From a virus (lineage: Duplodnaviria; Caudoviricetes), in the IMG/VR virus record IMGVR_UViG_3300006927_000008, positions 1 through 55,764 of that record: a stretch of 55,764 nucleotides of DNA, one strand, 5' to 3'. The notes under the pieces were generated by a model that was not told where the DNA came from, ran no database searches, and saw nothing but the letters and a program-made list of their open reading frames with translations. Both the position numbers and the translations under genes were made by a program. How positions within the stretch are numbered: position 1 is the stretch's first letter; the number at the start of each line of letters is the position of its first letter. This document shows, in pieces, positions 45,070 to 54,642 of this stretch.

Positions 45070-45426
45070 TCATTCAACACCAGGAACCATCTCCCTCTTG
45101 TCATGCCAATAAGTCTTCCGTGGCGTCTCTATAGAGTAAGAGTTTTGATCGAGAACCTCTAATAACCTCTTTGCCAAAATAACAGCTTTTATTAGTACAT
45201 CATATTTATCACATTGATATTTTGGATAGTTAATGAGCTGGATACAAAAACCAGATTCACTCCCTCCAGTATAAATGTAGTACGATTCATATATCCTTAC
45301 ACATAACCCAACTTTATCACAATATGCTCTGCATTCATTGGCTGCCAGGTCGACATCTCCAGCCATATAGATTTTTGCATAGTACGTATTACAAGACCTG
45401 TCCATAATGCACCTCCATGTTTCCAT
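45070..45426 (-). CDS. hypothetical phage protein
   Basis: GLCV, YIYTGG.E.G, INYP pattern; start probably at the second Met after GGAGG. Confidence 0.65.
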   Translation of the reverse strand: METWRCIMDRSCNTYYAKIYMAGDVDLAANECRAYCDKVGLCVRIYESYYIYTGGSESGFCIQLINYPKYQCDKYDVLIKAVILAKRLLEVLDQNSYSIETPRKTYWHDKREMVPGVE

Positions 45427-45505
45427 ACAGACTTCAAAGTTCAGAGCGGCTTAACGCTGAGAAACGGGGGTAGAATCCGGGTTCTCGAGCGGGTTTTTGC
45501 ATACT

Positions 45506-45543
45506 AAAAAGGGCCAAGGGGATTAACTCTTTCCCCCTGACCC
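45506..45543 (-). terminator. intrinsic terminator
   Basis: GGGTCAGGGGGA-loop-TCCCCTTGGCCC-TTTTT. Confidence 0.75.
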
Positions 45544-45736
45544 TGGACTGCTTTATGTGTTTAGAGCTACTTCACATTGATAAATGGAATAGCTCCACCT
45601 TCACCGGTCACAGTATTGTTTCATCTATACCTACATCTTGCGATTGCCTTCCTTACATGGTTGATGACAACTGTAGTATGCGCTCTTCTCTTTCGACCAT
45701 TAGCTTGTAAACGATAGATATGCTTTTTCTGAATTT

Positions 45737-46243
45737 TCAATGGAACCACCTTTTCACTCTTCGTGGAAGATCGAAATTGTCAAGATGAGATTGGTCAATA
45801 CCAACCACATTAACAATGAATTCAAGTAGTGCTTTCAATTCCTTTTTCGTTGCATCGCGAGGGATAAGAAGATCACGCTCTTTTCCATCATATAAACTAT
45901 GGTTATGTAGACCGAGACCATGAAGACCGTCTACAGCATCTGCCAAATCATCTTCAGCTTCATCATCGTATTCGTCATCATATTCATCCTCTTCTTCCAT
46001 CATCTGCAACATTCTTTCGGTGAGTTCATCTACTTCTTCATCTTCATAAAGAGCACTGTCATCATCATCATACTCACCGTTCTCTTCGTCGTAGTCGACT
46101 TCTTCATCAACATTTACTGTAGGACGCAATACTCCAGGTGCTACCTCTTCTTCCTCTTCTGGAGGTGAGCAATAGATTTCATCTGATTCGTCTTCATGAG
46201 AGAGTAATGCATCAACTTCTTTTTGTGATAGGATGTCACCCAC
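45737..46243 (-). CDS. acidic protein with FliM-like N-terminal peptide
   Basis: AAGGAG RBS with GTG start; MGDILSQKEVDALL followed by a D/E-rich tract. Confidence 0.7.
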   Translation of the reverse strand: MGDILSQKEVDALLSHEDESDEIYCSPPEEEEEVAPGVLRPTVNVDEEVDYDEENGEYDDDDSALYEDEEVDELTERMLQMMEEEDEYDDEYDDEAEDDLADAVDGLHGLGLHNHSLYDGKERDLLIPRDATKKELKALLEFIVNVVGIDQSHLDNFDLPRRVKRWFH

Positions 46244-46262
46244 GTTTATTCTCCTTATAGTA

Positions 46263-46551
46263 ATTGTTCCGATAAATAGCCAGTTGTGTAGAGTGATCAG
46301 AGAAAAAGATCAACACAAGTTCTGGATTTTTCCAGTGGATTCTCCACTCAATACTTTAGCCTTGCGCACTTGATACTTGAACCGGCATTATTTATCGACA
46401 TTGCCGTATGTCTTAAACTTGAGCGCTTAAGGCTTGAGACTTTATAGGTTGCCCTAACGGGCTGCATTATATAGTCTATTATATAGAGTTCCATTCTATC
46501 GCTGATGGAGCGCGTTTCCCTATTTCCTCCTGTTTACATCTACGAAACAAT
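46263..46551 (-). ncRNA. candidate ~290-nt structured RNA with tandem AAG repeats
   Basis: Terminal helix ATTGTTTCG-TAGAT/ATTTA-T-CGGAACAAT; nine AAG units spaced 6-8 nt in two clusters; no ORF in the track. Confidence 0.6.
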
Positions 46552-46558
46552 CGATATG

Positions 46559-47074
46559 TTAAAACCCGATTACGTCTGTGGTCGCGTTGACCACTTCAAG
46601 AGTTCCATCAATTGACTCGATGCGATCTCTATGAGCAGCCAGATTACGCATCCTATCCTTTTCATCGTAATACCTCACGATCTGAACAGACAGCTCACCA
46701 GGACGGTCCTGGCCTCGAAGGCGATGCTGACCTTCCTTATCATTGAGAGCCATAAGAGACTCGGTCTGCATCTTGCCCAACTTGCGGCGAATAACCAACC
46801 ACTCGCTGACAGTTTTGGTCACACCACCAATTGTTACGATGGTGGCAAGGTTGGTCTTTTCCAACCCAGTCTTAAGATCCAAATACCGATTGAACAAATC
46901 GGTGTTGGCCTGCAGGAGCGAAGTGACCTCAGTCATCTGCTCGCGTTCAGAACCCATGATTGGCTTTTCAATGCTTGTACCAGAAGCCAACCTGGTGATT
47001 TCCACGTTATTGTGGTTCGTCTTCTTTTCGATGATTCGAAGTTCCTTGAGCGCCTGAACAACTTTAAGTGCCAT
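46559..47074 (-). CDS. coiled-coil protein (resembles DIP1984/DUF6847-type proteins)
   Basis: M.V.QALKEL, TN..T.V.I, TV.EW, ID..L...NATT pattern; AAGGAGG RBS; family name from memory. Confidence 0.6.
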   Translation of the reverse strand: MALKVVQALKELRIIEKKTNHNNVEITRLASGTSIEKPIMGSEREQMTEVTSLLQANTDLFNRYLDLKTGLEKTNLATIVTIGGVTKTVSEWLVIRRKLGKMQTESLMALNDKEGQHRLRGQDRPGELSVQIVRYYDEKDRMRNLAAHRDRIESIDGTLEVVNATTDVIGF

Positions 47075-47150
47075 TGAGCACCTCCTTATGTGGGTGTGTT
47101 TTCCTATTGTCTTGCAAATATAAGACGCACACCCAGAAAATTAAACCACC

Positions 47151-47516
47151 TTAAAAATCGCCTTTGAGAAAAGCCTGAATTGATCCAGGTGCTCTATCGT
47201 CAACATAGAGATTCGCAAAGATCTTAGGACCATTAAGCTGCGTAACGGCCCAACCTATATTTTCATTCACGGCTGATAGAAGTATGCCTGATTTTCTACA
47301 TGCCGCCAAGGCCGGGATGAGTGCATCTGCATGACGGCAAGTCCATAAGATTAGATCTGCTCCGGCCCTTTGAATTTCTATCGCTCTTTCTATGACCGGA
47401 GTTATAGGAGCACCTACAGCTGGAAATGGTTCCGTATCTGAATGCTCGAATAGTGTACCATCGAAATCTAGTGCTATAATGAAGCGGTGCCTGCTACTAC
47501 TCATCGTCGTAATCAT
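47151..47516 (-). CDS. minimal HAD-family phosphatase
   Basis: LDFDGT, LWTCR, K..A.LYVDDR. Confidence 0.8.
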   Translation of the reverse strand: MITTMSSSRHRFIIALDFDGTLFEHSDTEPFPAVGAPITPVIERAIEIQRAGADLILWTCRHADALIPALAACRKSGILLSAVNENIGWAVTQLNGPKIFANLYVDDRAPGSIQAFLKGDF

Positions 47517-47712
47517 CCATCAATTCTTGCAAATCATCTTCAAGTTCTTGCTCAGCGATAGCTTCGGCATCATAATTCCTGAGCTTCATTCTTGTCTTTT
47601 GCCTTTTCACGTGATTCTCTTTCTTAAGGTGCTTCCTTGATCTTTTTGCAGGGTCGATTAAGTTCTGATCTCTCTTACGTCTTGTTCGAGACATGATATC
47701 TCTCCTTACCAA
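47497..47712 (-). CDS. small basic hypothetical protein
   Basis: Probable start MSRTRRKR after AAGGAG. Confidence 0.55.
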   Translation of the reverse strand: MVRRDIMSRTRRKRDQNLIDPAKRSRKHLKKENHVKRQKTRMKLRNYDAEAIAEQELEDDLQELMDDYDDE

Positions 47713-48347
47713 ACTTCTTCGTTATTGCCAGGGCCCACCACTTCATCTACGAAACCAAGCTTTACAGCTTCTTTCGCGCCGATGTACCACTCTCTGTCAG
47801 TACGAATCTTTCTTTTGATAGTCGCTTTCTTGACAGTCCCATTAGAGCGAGACGCAAACCAATCGATCAAATCGTTTTCATAGCCATCCAAAAGCTTCAC
47901 ATATGACTTAATCGTCGATATATCCATTTCATCGCCAGCTCCTGCCTTGGCATCATGGAGCATAAATACCGTACTGGGAAAGCAACGTCTTACATGACCA
48001 GCTTCAAACAAAACAAAGGCCGATGAAAAACAATACGCTGTTCCTATGGTGACTACTGGTGTAGGACAGGAGATGATAAAATCGCGGATGAACAACGTCT
48101 CATATAAGTTCCCACCACCGGAATTGATAATAACCGTAATAGGAGTCTCTGCATCAGCAGCCATCATCAGGTTCATTCTCATATAGATATTCTCTATGAT
48201 GTTCTGATTGATGAATCCGTTTACCAAGATTTTTCTATGAAGGAGTGACTCTTCATACACAGACAAGTCCTTAATTCCACTGATATCATCCCCTATTTGA
48301 TCCACACTGCCCTCTTCTATCTCCTGAAACTTAGGTGCGGTTGCCAT
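47706..48347 (-). CDS. clpP: ClpP-like serine protease (S14)
   Basis: R.I...G.I, INSGGG, SSA, FMLH, A.EAVKLGFVD; probable start MATAPK after AGGAG. Confidence 0.85.
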   Translation of the reverse strand: MATAPKFQEIEEGSVDQIGDDISGIKDLSVYEESLLHRKILVNGFINQNIIENIYMRMNLMMAADAETPITVIINSGGGNLYETLFIRDFIISCPTPVVTIGTAYCFSSAFVLFEAGHVRRCFPSTVFMLHDAKAGAGDEMDISTIKSYVKLLDGYENDLIDWFASRSNGTVKKATIKRKIRTDREWYIGAKEAVKLGFVDEVVGPGNNEEVW

Positions 48348-48355
48348 GTATTCTC

Positions 48356-49588
48356 CTATACAAATTCGTGATGCTGCGTATTGCTTTTTGCTATTTCTGC
48401 AGCTTCGAGTAACTGTGATTCCCATGTGTCTACAGCACCACTGCCATGGACGTTTTCTATCTGTACCAATTCTCTATACTGCTCAAATAACTTCCATACT
48501 GCCTTGTTACTTTCGTGTGGTTTACATAGCTCTGTACAATTGCTGAATTTTTCTACTTCATCAATTTGATCCATCACCTTTCTACGAGCCTTAAGATCAT
48601 TCCATATTTCACTGAATGGCCTATCGTGTAAGGAGCCATACGAATACTCTTTATAGCCTCTATGATTAGGACAGACATAGACATGACCATCTGCTCCTAC
48701 ACAAGGTGATATCTGTGATCCAAGACAACTTTTGTATCTTCTGCCGAATAGCTCAGGGTCGTTCTTAAGGTCAGAGAACTTATATCCAGGGAGCTGGAAT
48801 TTATCGCCAAGGATTTCCTTTGCTTCAGCTACCAATGGTTCGACGTCTTTCTCCCAGAAATCGATCTCCCTTTGGATACCATCTTCTCTTTCCCTATTCA
48901 CGATTTCAGGTTTGTACTGACAGTAATCGACTCCTGTATGTACAAAGCTCTTTGCAAAAGAGACTATACCCTTGTATGTATCCGGAGTAATAACAAATCC
49001 TACTCCTATGGTCATATTGGATTTATGCATATCTCTTATAGCAACCAGATTCTGCAAGCTATACATCATGTGATCCCAGTCCTGACCAGTGGGTGGTTTC
49101 CTTACTCTATTATAGATCAAATAATTGCCAGCATCGACAGAGTATCGTACCCATGTCATATACTTGACTAGAGTTTCATAAGCATCCCTAACTGGAACCA
49201 GAGTACCATTGGTAAACATACCCATCTTGATATCTGTGTTCTTTCCCACCCATTCGATAACCTCGGTAAGATGAGGGTTAACGAATGGTTCACCTCCTCC
49301 GGTCCAGTTGATCGCCCTTACTCCCATATCAGCCATATCCTCAACAGCTGCGAACAACATCTCTCTCGACATTATAGACCGATTGAACGTAGCTGTTCCT
49401 TTGGCTTCTGCTTGATGGATATAATTGCTGATACAGAAAGAACAACCATGGTTGCAAGCATTACTTGGATCGAACTCAACTAACACAGGAGCTGTATTAC
49501 CCGTCTTGAAAAGTTCAATCACTCTATCAGCATTGACAAGAACCTTTTGCTCTGGGTTAAAGATTTTTGATTCGAAGTACTGTGTCAT
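48356..49588 (-). CDS. radical SAM protein with SPASM-like domain
   Basis: CNHGCSFC, TGGGEP, TNG, ADGHVYVC, C-terminal cysteines. Confidence 0.9.
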   Translation of the reverse strand: MTQYFESKIFNPEQKVLVNADRVIELFKTGNTAPVLVEFDPSNACNHGCSFCISNYIHQAEAKGTATFNRSIMSREMLFAAVEDMADMGVRAINWTGGGEPFVNPHLTEVIEWVGKNTDIKMGMFTNGTLVPVRDAYETLVKYMTWVRYSVDAGNYLIYNRVRKPPTGQDWDHMMYSLQNLVAIRDMHKSNMTIGVGFVITPDTYKGIVSFAKSFVHTGVDYCQYKPEIVNREREDGIQREIDFWEKDVEPLVAEAKEILGDKFQLPGYKFSDLKNDPELFGRRYKSCLGSQISPCVGADGHVYVCPNHRGYKEYSYGSLHDRPFSEIWNDLKARRKVMDQIDEVEKFSNCTELCKPHESNKAVWKLFEQYRELVQIENVHGSGAVDTWESQLLEAAEIAKSNTQHHEFV

Positions 49589-50440
49589 TCATTCCCTCAT
49601 ATACTTGATTGCGTAGATCTCTGGACCAAAGATGCTATCCTTGATTGAAATGGTTCGGCTTGTTTTTATCGCGCCTGTTTCCAAATCCAAGATAGTGAGC
49701 CGGATGTAATTACCCCTTTCCGATTCACCAACATAAACTTCACCACGTTCATATGATATATCGAGGCCTCTTGTATAAGCCCCCAGTTGTTTTGTCCACT
49801 TTGGAAAGCCAGATCTATTAGATATAACTTCACAACTAGCTGAACTGCAAACAATGTAGCCGCCTGGTACAAACTTGAAACTATGTGGCTGATTCAATCC
49901 TTGAGCCAAATAAACGCGCTGACCAAAACCGCCCTCTGTATATCCAAGTGTGTGGCCCTTATCGGGATATGTACCATGAACGCACATAGACATCATTGGT
50001 GTTTCACCATCTGATCTAGCGAAATCTATATCATTTACATGAAGCTTCTCTGCCATCTCTTTTGAGCCATCATAATCGGGGTGTTCAAAACTAAAGAGAC
50101 TCTTCACACCAGTTTCTAATTCATAGATAATGACCTTAGCCGTAGATGTATCAGCTATGAATACATGATCTGTGTATCCATATTCGCTAGGCTTATACGC
50201 TATACCATGAAGATCCATTCCTAAAGGTTGCGACCGATGAAGTCTATTAAGATCAAAATCAAGAGTATATAGATTTCGTATGTCAACAGCGTATATAGCC
50301 TTTGGTCCAATGTCAACACCTGCAAAACCTGCCTCTGTAACACCTGTAAATCCTTGATCCATATAGTTAAGCTCTTCATCAAAATATCCTAAGCTCACTT
50401 GTGGGGATACGGATCCTACAAATGAAACAAGTAGCTTCAC
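49589..50440 (-). CDS. beta-propeller-like protein
   Basis: DLHGI, HVND, QPHS, YTRGL blade motifs. Confidence 0.6.
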   Translation of the reverse strand: MKLLVSFVGSVSPQVSLGYFDEELNYMDQGFTGVTEAGFAGVDIGPKAIYAVDIRNLYTLDFDLNRLHRSQPLGMDLHGIAYKPSEYGYTDHVFIADTSTAKVIIYELETGVKSLFSFEHPDYDGSKEMAEKLHVNDIDFARSDGETPMMSMCVHGTYPDKGHTLGYTEGGFGQRVYLAQGLNQPHSFKFVPGGYIVCSSASCEVISNRSGFPKWTKQLGAYTRGLDISYERGEVYVGESERGNYIRLTILDLETGAIKTSRTISIKDSIFGPEIYAIKYMRE

Positions 50441-50961
50441 TTACCAATTCGATCCAATTGCTCACTCTTCTTTTTCGAGCCAGCAGATGAGCCAAAGAAG
50501 AAACCAATGATGTCCTTCCAAGCTGCCCCAAGGATACCAACCAAAACAAGCATGATATCTCTAGTTGTTCCAGCCTCTGGTCCATAACCAGCTATCAACG
50601 AAGCTATAACACCGAAAAACCCAAGAGTCGTCAACCACGTAAGACCAATCGCATTCCAATCTTGGCCTGCGGCTGTATACATAGCTCTCGCATCCTGCCT
50701 ATCGGCCATTTCCAATTTAGACTGCTCGAGGGCGAGCTCTTCGAACTTTGTCTTTTGATTGACCTCTAGTGCCTTCAGATCATATAGCTTTTCGGGGTTT
50801 TGTTCGAGAATTGCAATGGCCTCATCTTCATCATCTGGATCAGTACCCAGAACTGATGAAACCAATGCTGCTACTGAGCCTCCTGCTGGCCCACCAAGTA
50901 CTGTACCAAGAAGTGGTGCAGCACTCTTAACGATATTGCTTAACCTACTCCAACCTGCCAT
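50437..50961 (-). CDS. holin-like membrane protein
   Basis: AP.LG..LGGPAG, D...AR, two C-terminal TM helices, FFFGSS.GS. Confidence 0.65.
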   Translation of the reverse strand: MAGWSRLSNIVKSAAPLLGTVLGGPAGGSVAALVSSVLGTDPDDEDEAIAILEQNPEKLYDLKALEVNQKTKFEELALEQSKLEMADRQDARAMYTAAGQDWNAIGLTWLTTLGFFGVIASLIAGYGPEAGTTRDIMLVLVGILGAAWKDIIGFFFGSSAGSKKKSEQLDRIGK

Positions 50962-50963
50962 GA

Positions 50964-51383
50964 TTATCCTTTCTTAATACGTGCTGCAGCGGCCTTTACT
51001 GCTGCAACATGTTCCTTCCTACCCTTTGATGCAAACTCTTCAGGTGTCATCCATTTGGTGGCACCTACTTCATAGTCTGTCCTATTGAATTTCGTATCTT
51101 TATCTATGAGAGCGAGGAAAACATGCAATACTGATTCCTCCTCCACACCTGTGACTTTGATCTTTGGCCCTTTAATCAATTTCTTGATTGACTTGAACCT
51201 AAGACCCAATTCTTCACCAGCTTCTCTTACTCCAGCTGTTGCAGGATTTTCACCGGCATCAATATGGCCCTTGGCTATTTGAAACCTCGGGCCACCATAA
51301 GCCGGATTGCTCGGCTTCATGAATTTCATATAAACCTGACCATCCTCTATAAAGAATGGTATACACCCGGCTTTATTTTTCAT
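50964..51383 (-). CDS. NUDIX hydrolase
   Basis: KGHIDAGENPATAGVREAGEELG. Confidence 0.9.
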   Translation of the reverse strand: MKNKAGCIPFFIEDGQVYMKFMKPSNPAYGGPRFQIAKGHIDAGENPATAGVREAGEELGLRFKSIKKLIKGPKIKVTGVEEESVLHVFLALIDKDTKFNRTDYEVGATKWMTPEEFASKGRKEHVAAVKAAAARIKKG

Positions 51384-53437
51384 GATTTCTTTCCCTTACC
51401 GATCCTTACCTTTTGGGGCTTAATATACTTCTGCAACAACTTAAACAATTGCTCCTTCTTTCTGTCTGGGATATCACCCGCCATGGCGTTCATGAATCTT
51501 CCCATATCACCAGTACGAAGGAATTCTCTTACCTTGGTTCCTGAGATACCAGAAGTACCTCCGCCTGAAGTCCTCTTTATCTCTTTTACGTTCCAAGCAA
51601 CATGAGGATCATATTCCCAATACTTCTTGAATTGCATTTTGTAGCCAGGAATTCTATCAGAGCCTGCATAGACATTCACAGTCCCTACATCCCTGAGATT
51701 AATATGTTCATCTATCAGAGCTGGAACAAATCCACCATCAGCAGCTATTACATGGATCTTACCTGCCAACTGAATGATCTTCTTCCTTACGGAGAATGGG
51801 AATGGATTCTTGGCGTCGACTCTTCTACCAGCCACAAATACATAGACCTCATCATTTTGCGCAATGGCTTCCCTGAATACTTTGAAGTGGCCTGCTGTAG
51901 GAGGATGGAATCGACCAAGGATGATACCAATCGATTTACCACCAGGCCTTTTCTCCTCACGAAGGAAAAGCTCGAATGGATTATCGATGGTATGCCATTC
52001 ATTCAGCTTTCGCAGATTCCTCTGACCCAAGAATACTCTTAATAGCTGAACTGCTGAACCTTCATTGGTTCTCTCCTTAATACCTCTAACTTCTTTGTCA
52101 TACTTCTCCAGCTCTTCCCCAACAGCGAGGAATGTTTCCCTCGTCTTTCGCACATGAACCGGATCGTATTTGACATCCCTCTTGAACTTACCTCTTTTGA
52201 CCTTAAGTGATCCACCCTGATTCTCTTCAAACTCATCACTCAAAGCAGCCAAAGCCTTAAGGGCTCTTTTAATCGCTACTGAGAATTGCTGTTTCGTTGA
52301 ACTGAAGCTACTGAACTTGTAGTTCTGATCTTTTAGGAATTGAAGGAGCTTCTTATTGGTTGGAACTCCAGGATACTTCTTCTTAATTGAATTCGTAGTA
52401 CCAGGTGTCTTGAGGATCTTAATCTTGAACGCCTTCTCAGCTATATCATTCTTGAATCGTGTCATAACTCCAGGAACAAAGCTACCAGCAGGACCAGTAC
52501 CAGCCATTGAAGCTTCTCTGTAATGCCATAGGAACTTATTGATGACTGGGAATACTGACACCACCTTAGATAAGTCTCCAGTCTGAAGATCCTTAATCAC
52601 AATACCTTCAGGCCATGAGCCACCAACATTATTACCCTTTTCATCAAATTCAGGTTGCGGTGCTATGCTTGAAGATGGTAGTTTTGCTAGCAACTGATCA
52701 ATAAGCTTCTCTTTGATAGTCAGCTGGAATTTCTTGATCCTTGCCTTCAGCTTCTCACGCTCGGCTACGATCTTATTCTTGTTTGGACCAGCTGCCCTCA
52801 TGGATAATACGGCGAAGTTGGTCGAGTCCTTGAATACCTTATTCTTTTGCTCTAAGAACGCTTCTAGCCGGTCTAAATCACCTGCTACAGACACCTTGTA
52901 CCGCTTGGTGTTTACCACTTCCTTACCACCAAAGGAGTATATAACATTCTGCGTTGAGCGAGCTATCTTACCTTTTTTGGCATCATAGAAATACAGATCA
53001 ATCTTCGCTTTGGCATCACCAAGCTTCTTCGCTACATGATTGAAGTTGGCATCATGGATAACGATGAAGTTCTTGCCATACTCTATTGCATTTGGGATTG
53101 ATTCGAATAAGACTTCACAATCTACATAGTCACCAGGGGACAGTAATTTCTCTAGTTCAGCCTTCTTTGAAACCAAGGCTGCCACTGCAGATCTAATTGG
53201 GTTATACATCGCCTTCTTCGGCCAATCGTTGGGTCCACGCTTCTGCTCTGACTGACCCTTGACAGCTCTAGCGAAATAGAGCTTGCCATTTTCATCCAAA
53301 CCAAAGCCAAGGTTTGCTGAACCATCAAATTTGATTGATACTTCGATTGATGCGTCTTGATTGGATAGTCTTCTTATGGTATCAAGAAACCTACCAATTT
53401 CAAGATCATCGATGTGCGAGATACCTTCTGTTAACAC
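51380..53437 (-). CDS. ligase-fold nucleotidyltransferase domain fused to HxGH (cytidylyl/NMN adenylyl)transferase domain
   Basis: KFDG, DCEVLF, EGIVI at the N-terminus; GRFHPPTAGH, AGSDR, ISGTKVR at the C-terminus. Confidence 0.7.
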   Translation of the reverse strand: MLTEGISHIDDLEIGRFLDTIRRLSNQDASIEVSIKFDGSANLGFGLDENGKLYFARAVKGQSEQKRGPNDWPKKAMYNPIRSAVAALVSKKAELEKLLSPGDYVDCEVLFESIPNAIEYGKNFIVIHDANFNHVAKKLGDAKAKIDLYFYDAKKGKIARSTQNVIYSFGGKEVVNTKRYKVSVAGDLDRLEAFLEQKNKVFKDSTNFAVLSMRAAGPNKNKIVAEREKLKARIKKFQLTIKEKLIDQLLAKLPSSSIAPQPEFDEKGNNVGGSWPEGIVIKDLQTGDLSKVVSVFPVINKFLWHYREASMAGTGPAGSFVPGVMTRFKNDIAEKAFKIKILKTPGTTNSIKKKYPGVPTNKKLLQFLKDQNYKFSSFSSTKQQFSVAIKRALKALAALSDEFEENQGGSLKVKRGKFKRDVKYDPVHVRKTRETFLAVGEELEKYDKEVRGIKERTNEGSAVQLLRVFLGQRNLRKLNEWHTIDNPFELFLREEKRPGGKSIGIILGRFHPPTAGHFKVFREAIAQNDEVYVFVAGRRVDAKNPFPFSVRKKIIQLAGKIHVIAADGGFVPALIDEHINLRDVGTVNVYAGSDRIPGYKMQFKKYWEYDPHVAWNVKEIKRTSGGGTSGISGTKVREFLRTGDMGRFMNAMAGDIPDRKKEQLFKLLQKYIKPQKVRIGKGKKS

Positions 53438-53637
53438 CTATGTTCTCCGTTTTGCATATGGAGCCAGCTCTAATATTCTAGTCATGCATTTCATTTCAAC
53501 GCAATACTCTAAACCATGCAAAGAGAAAAAGCAATATTCGCCATCAATGTAATATTGCTCTATCTCTTCAATATGTTTTAAGTATATGTGGCTATACGTA
53601 TGAAAGTCGTATATCTTCGCCACGAACATTATAAATA

Positions 53638-54642
53638 TCAGCCCACACTTGTAAATATGTTGGCGCAATCAGGTATGAATTTGTTAGCTTCCCTCAACAT
53701 ATATATGACCCTAGCTGGAGATGAATGATATTGAAGGGCATGGCTATGGGCTGACTTAGCCATATCTGCGGTCTGATCCGGATTATCCAAAGCATATCTT
53801 ACAACAAATTCCAGCTGATCCATATCCTTGAATTCCCAATAGTCCTGTCCTTCAAGAAATGGGTAAGGCATGAAAATCATAACCGGTTGTGTGATAAGCA
53901 GAGATCCCTGACCGATAATTTCCCAAAATCGTGCTGCATTACAACCATGAGCACCATATGCATCGACAGACATCTTTGATTTTGCAAGCATACTGTAATA
54001 TTCGGCATGCTCTCTATTTCCGGTGTCAACTCCTGAAGCATTCTCCCTTTGACCTCCATAGAGCTGACCAACGATTGACTCTGGCAGATCCATAGCCAGA
54101 AGCTTTTGCTCTATCTCGAACCTCCATGGCTTGGTATCATCATGAGGCCCAAACATACACGACAAATTGATACCTCTGAAATCATGAGCCAAAGGATAAC
54201 TCCCCAATGGAGGAACATATCGGTCCTCCATAGCGAACGGACAAGAGATCACGTTTTCTGGATGATCTTCACTAAGAAGCATTTCACGCTTGAAGTAAAT
54301 TGGGTAGTCACCTGGCTTCTCCCTATATGGACTAGTGTCTTCACCATCCAAATAGGCTGTCTTGCTTCTATACTTCTTATCGACGATGTCTGCTCTTACA
54401 TCATTATTCGAAGTAATGAAGATGATAGCTGCCTCTTCACACCATTTCTCATAATCATCAGGCATCACCTGGAAATTCCATTCAGGAGTGACAGCGTAGT
54501 TGCTGGTCTCTACACAACCAAGTTCAATATCTGTCTTGAGGTTGCCCACAACCTCTTTCTGTGTAGCTAACCTTGCAAGACCTTCGATAAGGTTGGCTGA
54601 ATTGAAGTCATAGTGAGGTGTTTGTACTACGAATACCTTCAT
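53638..54642 (-). CDS. glycosyltransferase (GT-B, CgeB-like C-terminus)
   Basis: DGED, YFKRE, Y...L.KSK, ARFWE, A...H..A...H. Confidence 0.7.
   Translation of the reverse strand: MKVFVVQTPHYDFNSANLIEGLARLATQKEVVGNLKTDIELGCVETSNYAVTPEWNFQVMPDDYEKWCEEAAIIFITSNNDVRADIVDKKYRSKTAYLDGEDTSPYREKPGDYPIYFKREMLLSEDHPENVISCPFAMEDRYVPPLGSYPLAHDFRGINLSCMFGPHDDTKPWRFEIEQKLLAMDLPESIVGQLYGGQRENASGVDTGNREHAEYYSMLAKSKMSVDAYGAHGCNAARFWEIIGQGSLLITQPVMIFMPYPFLEGQDYWEFKDMDQLEFVVRYALDNPDQTADMAKSAHSHALQYHSSPARVIYMLREANKFIPDCANIFTSVG

Noticed and set aside
45545-45736. Second leader-peptide attenuator before the 45.5-kb terminator
   Set aside because: Only short ORFs with no clear antiterminator complementarity; more simply an operon end.
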